Assembly (NCBI RefSeq): GCF_006345805.1
Contig: NC_043007.1
Location: 24,366,001 to 24,430,000, forward strand
From: Octopus sinensis
Lineage: Eukaryota
Direction: 5' to 3'
Length of the DNA: 64,000 nucleotides
Within the stretch, counting starts at the first letter, position 1; each line of letters begins with the position of its first letter. Under the pieces are notes generated by a model. It had not been told where the DNA came from and made no database searches. It saw only the letters and a list, made by a program, of their open reading frames with translations. The position numbers and the translations under genes are program-made. Shown here one piece after another: positions 53,429 through 64,000 of this stretch.

Positions 53429-53841
53429 ACTCTTTTACTCTTTTACTCTTTTACTTGTTTCAGTCATTTGACTGCGGCCATGCTGGAGCACCACCTTTAG
53501 TCAAGCAAATCGACCCCGGGACTCACTCTTTGTAAGCCCAGTACTCACTCCATCGGTCTCCCTTTGCCGAACCGCTAAGTGACGGGGACGCAAACACATC
53601 AGCATCGGTTGTCAAGCGATGCTAGGGGACAAATACAGACACACAAACACACACACATATATATATACATATATACGACAGGCTTCTTTCAGTTTCCGTC
53701 TACCAAATCCACTCACAAGGCATTGGTCGGCCCGAGGCTATAGCAGAAGACACTTGCCCAAGATGCCACACAGTGGGACTGAACCTGGAACCATGTGGTT
53801 GGTTAGCAAGCTACTTACCACACAGCCACTCCTGCGCCTAT
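53429..53841 (-). mobile_element. SINE family B (subfamily)
   Basis: Full-length match with diagnostic variants. Confidence 0.88.
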
Positions 53842-53954
53842 GTATTTTACATTGTAATCATACATAAAATATAATTTGAATTCTATATTTCAATTTTTAT
53901 AGTCGTGGTAATTTTAATTGTTGCAACAATTAATTGTCACAGTATTTTAATTCA

Positions 53955-54277
53955 GTACCCTTCAACTAACACTATCTCCTCCAAGACCCTGTGGCACAAG
54001 TTGACCAAAATTGAGAGTATGAAAGAAGAAGGCTTGCTCTTCATTCCGTAGAAGAAAAAAATTCAAATTGGACCATGTTAACACCAAAAATTATTTACAC
54101 CAAAAAGGTGCTTTTTTTCTATGAAAATCCCTATTTTTTACGATTTTTTTACTGCTGTGTCGCCATTTTTCGGTGTATTTCAACCAGAAAAATGTTCACT
54201 TAAAGAAAATAACAAGCTACATAATTCCAATTCTAAAGGGTTGAAACAAACCCGAGCAATGCTGGGCGACAGTGCTA

Positions 54278-54336
<59 letters not shown>

Positions 54337-54474
54337 CATCATCATCATCGTTTAACCAGAAAAATGTTCACTTAAAGAGAATAACAAGCTACATAATGCA
54401 AAATTTTTACTTTTCAAAAATTCCAATTCTAAAGGGTCGAAACAAACCTGAGCAACGCCGGGCGATACTGCTAG
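53955..54474 (+). mobile_element. Helitron H2 with duplicated 3' end
   Basis: Hairpin+CTAG at 54275-54278 and again at 54471-54474. Confidence 0.75.
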
Positions 54475-54622
54475 AACTTTATACTTGTATATTATATAAT
54501 CCTTAAGCTCAATGTCAGTAGCCATTCCCTAGTTTATGAAAAAAAGTACAAAAATCCTTGTATAGAACTGTACGCTTCACAGTTCCAACGACACGGTGTT
54601 TGGTTGTAGTGTGCATACTCAC

Positions 54623-54726
54623 GTCCAAGATAGGAAGCCACATGCGAGGGAGAGAGAGCACTGTGGTTCACGCAGTGCTGACCCTGGTGTGCTGGTGAAA
54701 GGTAGTGTTTCTTTTTGACTCTGCAT
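54623..54726 (-). CDS. Candidate alternative first exon that could splice in frame to the CaMKI exon
   Basis: In-frame ATG after an upstream stop, 34 codons plus AC, then a perfect GTGAGT donor (54622-54617). Joining to 12004 gives ...FLSWT|GAFSEV. No homology recognised. Confidence 0.2.
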
Positions 54727-55472
54727 GTATTCTGCTTAAAAAGTGTTTATGTTCTCGAATGTGATAAAGTGTAGGATTAGATTATTATCCTGCTTCCAGC
54801 TACAGTGTTGCTGCCAGGATTTGAAAAATAGGACAGATTTTCCCCACTTATTTTGTGATTTAGAGAGGAGTTTTGAAAATCAAGAGGGAATTCGCAGTGA
54901 TGTTCAGTGAACAAATTAAACACACTACCTTGTAGTGGCTAAAACATGAACCAATCTAATTTCTGTATAGTTTTCTTTTCATATGTTTGTTTCCTTTTAC
55001 ACAATATTAAAACAATGGCTAAAATTTTTCTGAAGCAGCACCCTCACTAATTTGATCTACGAGCCTCCACTTGTTACAACATATCTTCATGAGTATGTGT
55101 GGTGCAAAGTATTCGCGAATCTCATTTCGTGCATCAATGACTATTAAGTTTTCCTGTAAATGTGATTGTTTTCATATTACATAAAATGAGTGGAAGAACG
55201 TGGCTTGCTGGGTAGGGTGCTAGACTCATGACCATAAGATTGTGGTTTCGATTCCTGGACTGGGAAGCGTGTTGTGTTCTTAACCAAAACACTTCATTTC
55301 ATGTTGCTCCAGTCCACTCAACTGGTGAAAATGAGGATTCCTACGATGGACACGCATTACATCAAGATGAGTAATATATACGCCATGGAAACTGAGAAAC
55401 CAACTCTATGAATCTGTATGACCCAGGAAGGATCTTTATCCTATAAAATATATGTATGGTTTTTATGTTATA

Positions 55473-55863
55473 CTAGCAGTATTGCCCGGCGTTGCTCTGG
55501 TTTGTTTCTACCCTTTAGAATTGGAATTTTTGAAAAGTAAAAATTTTGCATTATGTAGCTTGTTATTCTCTTCAAATGAACAATTTTCTGGTTGAAATAC
55601 ACTGAAAAATGGTAGCACAGCAGTAAAAAAATTGTAAAAAATAGGGATTTTCTTAGAAAAAGAAGCACCTTTTTGATGTAAATAATTTTTGGTGTTAACC
55701 TGGTCTGATTTGAATTTTTTCTTCTACGGAAGCAAGAGCAAGCCTTCTTCTATCATACTCTCAATTTTGGTCAACTTGCACCGCAGGGTCTCGGAGGAGA
55801 TAGTGTTAGTTGAAGGCTACCAAACCTGCCATACACAGACAACTTCAGCTTTATATAGAGAGA
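55473..55863 (-). mobile_element. Non-autonomous Helitron (family H2)
   Basis: A|TC ... hairpin-CTAG|T termini. Same 3' terminus as H1 but a different interior. Confidence 0.8.
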
Positions 55864-56877
55864 TTTACTTTTACGTTTTTACTACAGTAAACTGCATGTT
55901 AATCAGATCAAGAACTGTTTGGAATGTTGGTTTTTGTTTCTGTACCAGTCAAATACTAAGATTGATTTCCCTTCTCACTCTCAAGATTCAGCTACGTGAA
56001 CGGAGCAAGAAAGGGTCGTCTACATTTGATTGTTGTGATAAGCATTTTAGACAACGATACTATTTTAACTGCTCTAACATTTTGTTTCAAAATTATGAGT
56101 GTTCCAATATTTTAAGTGTCACACAGTGTTTTAATTATCACCATATCGTAATTGTCAAAACATTTTAATTGTCACAATATTTCAAGCGGCATAATGTTTT
56201 AATTGATGAAATTATCAAAGGAATAAAACGAAACAATCTATTAATGGCTGACATTGTGTTGACGACGACATCAACGGAATTCATGCTTCGAGAAGCTGCC
56301 ACACAGTTGGAGATATTTCCATCTGCTTTTCCATCTGCATTCACTATACAAATTATCTTGTAAAAATCTGCCACATCACTAACACTATATCACATCATTG
56401 CAGTTTAGTGGTTGCACAACAATGACAACGCCAAATCAACTCCAAATTATCCCAGCCATTGCACACATTCACACACACACGTATGTACGTACGTGCACGC
56501 ACATACAATTGTGAACACTTAAAGAGTGCTTGACATAGTTTTGTTATTTAACTCTGTATTTACAAGTATTTATGTCTGATGTGAGGTATGTATTGTAATG
56601 AATTATTTACAATATTTTCGAAATTAACACATTAAAAACTAAACACATATTTATGGATACCAGAAGACATGAACCCAACACCCACCTAAATTATATTCAC
56701 AATAACTGTAATTTATATTTAACATTATAATATGACTGTGATCCAGAAACTTGCTTCCCAAACATATGGCCTTCCGTTCCGTCCCAATCTACAGCACTTC
56801 AGACAAGTGTCTTCTGCTATAGCCCCAGGCCAACCAATGCGTCATGAGTGGATTTAACAGGCAGAAACTGTATATAA

Positions 56878-57286
56878 GGCGAGCTGGCAGAGATGTTAGC
56901 ATGCCGGGCGATATGCTTAGTGGTATTTCGTCTGCCGCTACGTTCTGAATTCAAATTCCACCGAGGTCGACTTTGCCCATAATCCTTTCGGGGTCGATTA
57001 AATAAGTACCAGTTACGCACTGGGGTCGATGTAATCGATTTAATACCTATGTCTGTCCTTGTTTGTCCCCTCTGTGTTTAGCCCCTTGTGGGTAATAAAG
57101 AAATAGGTATTTCGTCTGCTGCAACGTTCTGAGTTCAAATTCCACCGAGGTCGACTTTGCCTATAATCCTTTCGGGGTCGATTAAATAAGTACCAGTTAT
57201 GCACTAGGGTCGATATAATTGACTTAATCCGTTTGTCTGTCCTTGTTTGTCCCCTCTATGTTTAGCCCCTTGTGGGCAATAAAGAA
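56878..57286 (+). mobile_element. SINE family C, dimeric form
   Basis: Same dimer junction (aaagaaata|ggtatttcgtctg). TSD agaaac(t/c)gtatataa. Confidence 0.85.
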
Positions 57287-57812
57287 ATAAAGAAACCGTA
57301 TATAAATGTGTGTGTGTTTGCGCGCGTACGTGTGTATGCGTGAGGACCCTAACATATGGCCTTCCGTTCAGTCCCAGTGTACAGCACTTTTGATAAGTGT
57401 CTTCTGCTATAGCCCCAGGCCGACCAACACCTCATGAGTGGATTTAACAGGTAGAAACCGTATATAAATGAGTGTGTGTGTGTGTGTGTGTGTGTCTGTG
57501 AGTGAGTGTGTGTGTCTGTGTGTATGCATGAGGACCCTAGTTTTGACATCATGTGATGGCTGTAAATGACCATCATCGTCGTACAAGCAATGTTATTCGT
57601 TTTAAGTCTTCTTTGGAAAAATAAAAAAATAACTCTCTGGACTTTGGCAATACCAACTTGCTTGGAAACAGGTGAGGGCTGCCGAAAGAAAAGGCATCAG
57701 GGTGTAGAAAATCTGCCTCCGATCCATGCAAGACTGGAATACTGGACGTTAAATGATGAAGATACATATTGATTGACCAAATTTCTGATAATTTCCTAGT
57801 ATCATGTTACAA

Positions 57813-57980
57813 CAGTTGTTCTCAACTTTTTCACAACCAAGGAACCCTTTTATTTAAATGAGATTTCCCACGAACCTAAGGATATTGAAAGCGCTGTCAG
57901 CTTAACATGTTCACAGACCCCCCCCATTACTACCTTTGAGGACCACCAGTGGTCAGTTGACCACAGGTTGGAAACCACTG
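57813..57980. mobile_element. hAT-type MITE
   Basis: TIR-like CAGTTGTTCTCAAC / GTTGGAAACCACTG and 8-bp TSD tgttaca(a/g). Confidence 0.72.
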
Positions 57981-57990
57981 TGTTACAGCA

Positions 57991-58390
57991 ATATATATAT
58001 ATATAAAGCTGAAGTTGTCTGTGTGTGTGTGGTAGGTTTGGTAGCCTTCAACTAACATTATCTCCTCCAAGACCCTGTGGCACAAGTTGACCAAAATTGA
58101 GAGTATGATAGAAGGCTTGCTCTTCAATCCATAGAAGAAAAAATTCAAATTGGACCATGTTAAGACCAAAAATTATTTACATCTAAAAGATGCTTTTTTT
58201 CTATGAAAATCCCTATTTTTTATGATTTTTTGACTACTGTGTCGCAATTTTTCGGTGTATTTCAACCAGAAAAATGTTCACTTAAAGAGAATAACAAGCT
58301 ACATAATGCAAAATTTTTACTTTTCAAAAATTCCAATTCTAAAGGGTCGAAAAGAAAACAAACCCAAGCAATGCTGAGCTATACTGCTGA
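57991..58390 (+). mobile_element. Helitron H2, degenerate termini
   Basis: Reverse complement of 55473-55863. Confidence 0.72.
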
Positions 58391-59599
58391 TATATATATA
58401 TATGTATGTGTTCCCTATTTTTACATGTCCTACATGGATAAGTGCACCGGCTGACCTTTTAGTCACTATTCAGACGTATCCATCAATAAGTAATCAGCTT
58501 TATTGATTACGCATAGCAAAGTCAATTATATTGATTGCCGAACCTGATCGCTATTTATCCTATTGCTGATGGAAGGGTGAAAGGGCAAGTCAACATTGAT
58601 GGGATTTGAGCAAAGCATTTTGTTCTTTACTCCAATGAAACTGGTAATCCATCAGCTTTGTGTGTGTGTGTGTGTGTGCGTGTGTGTGTGCATGTATCAT
58701 CATTATCATCATCATCATCGTTTAGCGTCCGCTTTCCATGCTAGCATGGGTTGGACGGTTCAACTGGGGTCTGGGAAGCCAGAAGGCTGCACCAGGCCCA
58801 GTTTGATCTGGCAATGTTTCTACGGCTGGATGCCCTTCCTAACGCCAACCACTCCGTGAGTGTAGTGCGTGCTTTTTACATACCAGACGAGTCTGGCAAA
58901 CGGCCACGATCGGATGGTAGTTTTTATGTGCCACCGGCACGGGGGCAAGGCGAGGCTGGCAGCGGCCACGAACGGATGGTGCTTTTTACGTGCCACCGGC
59001 ACGAGGCCAGTCGTATATATATGTATACATATATATATATACAAACATACAGATGTATATATTTGTATATATAGGTGTATATATATAGTATATATACGTA
59101 TATATATAGCTGAGAATCAGTTGAATTAGGTACTTAAGTTGAAGCACCAAGTCAGTCCGGTATTATCTGCACAGGATATACAGGATATCAAGTAATAATG
59201 CAGTACAACCATATATGTGTGGCTGTGTGGTAAGTAGCTTGCTTACCAACCACATGGTTCCGGGTTCAGTCCCACTACGTGGCACATTGGGCAAGTGTCT
59301 TCTTCTATAGCCTCGGGCCGACCAAAGCCTTGTGAGTGGATTTGGTAGACGGAAACTGAAAGAAGCTCGTCGTATATCATATCTATAGAAGGGAGGATGT
59401 GTGTCAGTGATTCCTTGTTTTGACATCACATGATAGTTGTAAACAAGTATCACTGATGTACAAGCAGTGTCATTTGTTTTCAATCATCTGTGAAAACGTG
59501 TCTGGTCATGAGAAATATTACCTTACTTGGAAAAATCAATGATGGAGGTGATGCTTATATATTGTGATGTTTATATATATAATGTATGAACTAAAAGTC

Positions 59600-60748
59600 A
59601 GAGAGAGATGGGATAAACTATGTGCATCAACTTGCTATAATAGTAGGTAGTAATTTTACCTTGTACTTATTCTTAGTGCAAGTTTTGAAGATTGTAGTTT
59701 GATTTTAACAATGGAAGTGACAAAGGAGCATATTCGGCATATTTTGCTTCATGAGTTCAATAAAAGCAACAACACAATGGAAAGGGCAAGGAATATTAAT
59801 GCAGTATATGGGGATCAGACAATAATCATAAGCCAGTGTCAATGGTGGTTTCAGAAATTCCAAGCTGCAAACTGCAGCCTAGAAGACGAGCCTTGTCCTG
59901 GAAGATCTATAGAGCTCAACAAGGACATCCTGCAAACTCTGGTGGAACAAAATCCCATCATAACTGTTGAAGAACTAGCAGAAAAGCTTGGATTTGCTCA
60001 TTCACCAACACCTACGTGCCATCAAAAAAGTCAGCAAATTGGGCCAATGGGTTCCTCACAAACTTTCCGAGTCTAATCGTACACAGAGAGTGAATGTGTG
60101 CTCTTCTTTGCTGTCACATTTCACAAATGAACCTTTTTGGACTGAATAGTGACTGGTGATAAGAAATAGGTTCTCTATAAAAATGTCAAGTGCCAAAGAC
60201 AGTGGGGAGGGAAAGGCAAAACTCTGGCACCCCAGGCTAAAGAAAGTCCTCATGCACGTTAAGTGTTGTTATCTGTTTGATGGGATATGAAAAGTTTAGT
60301 CCACTTTGAACTTTTAAACCTAAACCAAGCGATAACAAAGATCAACTGTGAGCAGCTTCAGCAGCCCAAGTCAACACAAGAAGGATAATGACCATACAGC
60401 AAGGATGACATTCCAAACACTGGAGCAGTTTCAATGGGAAACGATGCTCCACTGACCATATGCACTGGACATTGCCCCATCTGATTATCATTTATTCCGC
60501 AGTCTTCAAAATCATTTGGATGGAAAAAATATGAATTCTGTAGACAAGGTCAGAACAGTTCTGGAGGAATATTTTTGATCACGGACAAGGGGATTTTGGA
60601 AGATGGGCCTTGCAAGTCAACCAGATAGATGGAAGAGCATTGTAGACAATGAAGGAGAGTATTTTTTAGTTTAAAAAAAAAAACTTTATCTTAATTTTGA
60701 AAAATAAAAGAAGTATAAAAAGACTATTATTTATGGGATGACCAAATA
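59600..60748 (+). pseudogene. Decayed mariner (DD34D-type) transposon
   Basis: ATG 59711: MEVTKEHIRHILLHEFNK..WWFQKF..LEDEPCPGR, then WVPH, IVTGDKK, DN..HTA and IAPSDYHLFRSLQNHL, with stops and deletions. Right TIR-like end at 60722-60746 + TA. Left TIR not found. Confidence 0.92.
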
Positions 60749-61187
60749 TATATATATACATAAAAAGCACCCACTACACTCGCGGAGTGGTTGGCGTTAG
60801 GAAGGGCATCCAGCTGTAGAAACACTGCCAGATCAGACTGGAGCCTGGAGCAGCTCCTGGCTCCCCAGACCCCGGTCGAACTGTCCAACCCGTGCTAGCG
60901 CGGAAAACGGACGTTAAACGATGATGATGATGATATATATATGGCACTTGTGCTAGTAGGGTGCTAAGTGCACTATCCAAGCATGATCGTTGCCAGAGCG
61001 GCTAACTGGCTTCTGTGCCGGTGGCATGTAAAAGCACCCACTACAATCTCGGTTGGCATTAGGAAGGGCATCCAGCTGTAGAAACTCTGCCAGATCAAGA
61101 TTGGAACCTGGTGCAGTCATCTGGTTCACCATCCCTCAGTCAAATCGTCCAACCCATGTTAGTGTGGAAAGCAGACGTTAAATGATG

Positions 61188-61236
<49 letters not shown>

Positions 61237-61998
61237 CATACATACATACACACACACGTATATTGCTAAGAGATTGCAGAAAAACTGGCACATCATACAA
61301 AAAATATCTTGCATCATTTATTTTGCATGAATTGCAATGGAAAAATTATTCCATTAATAAAGCAATTACCAGACATGTACTGAGGGTTGATATTATATAA
61401 ATTAGTGTCAAAAACCCTAAAAGGCACAGCCCCAATAAAAGAATAAAAGAATGAAACCAATAAAAGAATACTGAAGCTGTTAAATGCAAATTTTTAGTTA
61501 GATTAAAAATTGAAATGTAATTTTTTTCAAATTAGATTCTCAATAAATTTAGCCTGAAACAAAATGACAGAATGATCATCATATCTGTAGCTTTTGTGAA
61601 AAATATGAAAATTCCATAATATTCTGTTTTTTTATCATTTAATTATTTATTACAAATAATCAGGAAAGAGGGGGAAAAAAACAAAAACCCAACAAAACAA
61701 TCAAATTACTTGATGTAATCAGGAGATAAGTTTCTTCACTACACAGTAAACTATATTAAATATATACATACACATATATACATGTGAAGGCACGTGGCTT
61801 GGTGGTTAGGATAATCAGCTCACAATTGTAAGGTCATGAGTTCAATTCCTGCCAACACATTGTGTCCTTAAACAAGACACTTTATTTCATGTTGCTCCAG
61901 TCCACTCAGCGGGCAAAAATGATTAGTACCTGAACCTGGAACACTGGTTGGTAAGCAAGCTACTTACCACACAGTCACACCTGCACCTTAAAATGATG

Positions 61999-62098
61999 TG
62001 TCCCAGGTGAGGATCGAACTCACGACCTTCAGATTCCTCAACATGTTTTGTTTGATTATGAGACTGACTACTAAGGCATTCTACTGTGCTACCAAGGC
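61999..62098 (-). tRNA. Elongator tRNA-Met(CAT) pseudogene with a 22-nt intron at position 37/38
   Basis: GCCTTGGTAGCACAGTAG..GTCAGTCTCATA|ATCAAACAAAACATGTTGAGGA|ATCTGAAGGTCGTGAGTTCGATCCTCACCTGGGACA, then TTTT. Anticodon and T arms match eukaryotic tRNA-Met-e. D arm is corrupted. Confidence 0.78.
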
Positions 62099-62164
62099 AT
62101 CCTAAAAATATGGAACATTTCATGAATTTATGTGCCATCCTTGTGTGTCATATATATATTATAT

Positions 62165-62200
<36 letters not shown>

Positions 62201-62604
62201 ATTATTCGAAACAGCTCTTTTACAGAAAGGGACACAGAAAAAAACAAAGAGAAAAAAAAATGTGTGTAGTAGTTACCGATCTACCCCCTTCTATCATGAA
62301 TGACCATAGGATTGCACCTACAAAGTTCCCCTCCAAAGCACAAGTCCGAGCAAGGTTGTATATGGAAGACCAGGAATTGTCCATGGATACCAACCTCCTC
62401 TCTCCATGCCACTGATGTTATCCAAGGGAAAAGCAAAGGCTGATACAACTTGGCACCAGTGATGTCACAACTCATTTCTGCAGCTGAGTGAACTGAAGCA
62501 ACATGAAATAAAGTGCCTTGCTCAAGAACACAGCACACAGTCTGGCCTGGGAATCGAACATGCAGCTTCACGACAGTGAGCCCAACACTCTAACCACTGA
62601 TACA

Positions 62605-62639
<35 letters not shown>

Positions 62640-62640
62640 G

Positions 62641-62670
<30 letters not shown>

Positions 62671-62672
<2 letters not shown>

Positions 62673-62855
62673 AAGGGAAAGTTTACAAAAATAAACAAAA
62701 GACGAAGGCAGATGGAGTACAAACAAACAAATGTATTAGTATAGTGCTCAGGAATAGAAAAAGTCTTTTACGTTTCGAGCCTACGCTCTTTGACAGAAAG
62801 ATACACAGAAAAAAACAAGGAGAAAAACAAGGAGAGAAAAAAATGCATGTAGGAG
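62671..62855 (-). mobile_element. PLE-LTR-like fragment with hammerhead-like motif (A6U family)
   Basis: TCTTT CTGTCAA A GAGC-GTAG-GCTC GAAA C-G T A AAAGA at 62764-62801. Sister copies at 35515-35690(+), 39655-39790(-), 62197-62283(-) and a 3' piece at 30615-30690(+). Confidence 0.6.
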
Positions 62856-63343
62856 CTGTGTATGTGTATATATCATTTTTATTGCAATAGATACTTCACC
62901 ATAGAGTGATATGGGAATATAATTCTAAACCTAAATGCAAACAAACCTTGAAGATACACAGGTAAACAGAGACAGAAGCAAGTTAAGATGGATGGTGTTC
63001 CTCACCCACCCCACGTTCCCCCACATACACAAGGTTTCTATTAATGACTTTATCTGTTTTAATACTCAGGTAGGAAGTGACTGAGATACATCCAGGTAAT
63101 ATAAACTATATTTCTCATCTAGGAAATATCATTAATCTCTCTCCCTCTCTCTCTCTCTTTCTCTCTCCTTTTCTCTGAATCACATATACACACACATATA
63201 ATGTACACTACACTGACATAGCTCCCCTCTCTCCCTCTCTTGCTCTGTTTGTCTGTCTGTGTGTCTGTTTACCTCTCACTATCTTAACTACTTTAGTATG
63301 TGTAAACACACATCAATACTCTCTTGTCTCCGTACAACTATGC

Positions 63344-63381
<38 letters not shown>

Positions 63382-63604
63382 GTGTATATGTATGTATATG
63401 TATTTATATATATATGTATGTGTGTATATACATATATGCATACATACAAATATACATATATAAACACACACACACATATATATACACACACCATCACACA
63501 CAGATGCACATTATATATGAACATATATATACATGTACACTCACACACAGATATCGATATTCTCTTCCTGAACAACTATGCGCACATATGCAAACACTCA
63601 CATG

Positions 63605-63657
<53 letters not shown>

Positions 63658-64000
63658 CACACACACACACCCACATCAACACACCAAGAGCTATCAAAAA
63701 TTTTCTCCTGACAACAAGGTATGCATATATAAGTGCACAAGCACACACACACACATGCACCACATACACCCAAACAAAATACACACACACACACGCACAC
63801 ATGCACCATACACACCCAAACAAACATACACTCACACATACACACGCAGGTATTGAAATTCCCATCGCACTCACTTTCTATTTAAATGGAACCAATAAAA
63901 ATTCAGATAGTGTCTGTCAGTGTGTAAGACAGTAAATGCGTAAATACAGTGTGTGTAAGTGTTGTGTGTATAATGTGTGTATGAGTATTTGGTGGTGTGT

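Noticed and set aside
55900-56400. Possible decayed Penelope RT (VDDPF, LVQKQKPTFQT) on the minus strand; similar weak hints at 51530-51990
   Set aside because: Motifs are too short and frame-broken to call by eye. A translated HMM search is needed.

Overview
AT-rich, microsatellite- and retroposon-saturated animal genomic DNA. The SINE families look like those of Octopus (inference from recognising the repeats; not verified by search). Only one host coding exon is supportable: a 135-bp phase-2/phase-2 exon of a calcium/calmodulin-dependent protein kinase I (CaMKI) gene on the minus strand (11870-12004). The rest is therefore probably intronic, with the minus strand as pre-mRNA sense. It contains several tRNA-derived SINE families (many with clean TSDs) and 5'-truncated RTE, CR1 and R4/Dong-like LINEs. 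It also contains Penelope-like (PLE) remnants, non-autonomous Helitrons and a Helentron-type element, decayed mariner, Tc1 and pogo transposons, MITEs and an intron-containing tRNA-Met pseudogene. The most striking signal is a set of minimal type-I hammerhead ribozyme motifs from at least five unrelated sequence families. They include C3-G8 (canonical), G3-C8 and U3-A8 core variants and an A6U variant, and the best-preserved copies lie on the CaMKI-sense strand. Other notable signals are several long foldbacks (candidate dsRNA/ADAR substrates), a strand-restricted SINE subfamily, and pseudoknot-like tandem units in the RTE 3' UTR. All coordinates were read by hand, and repeat boundaries without TSDs are approximate.
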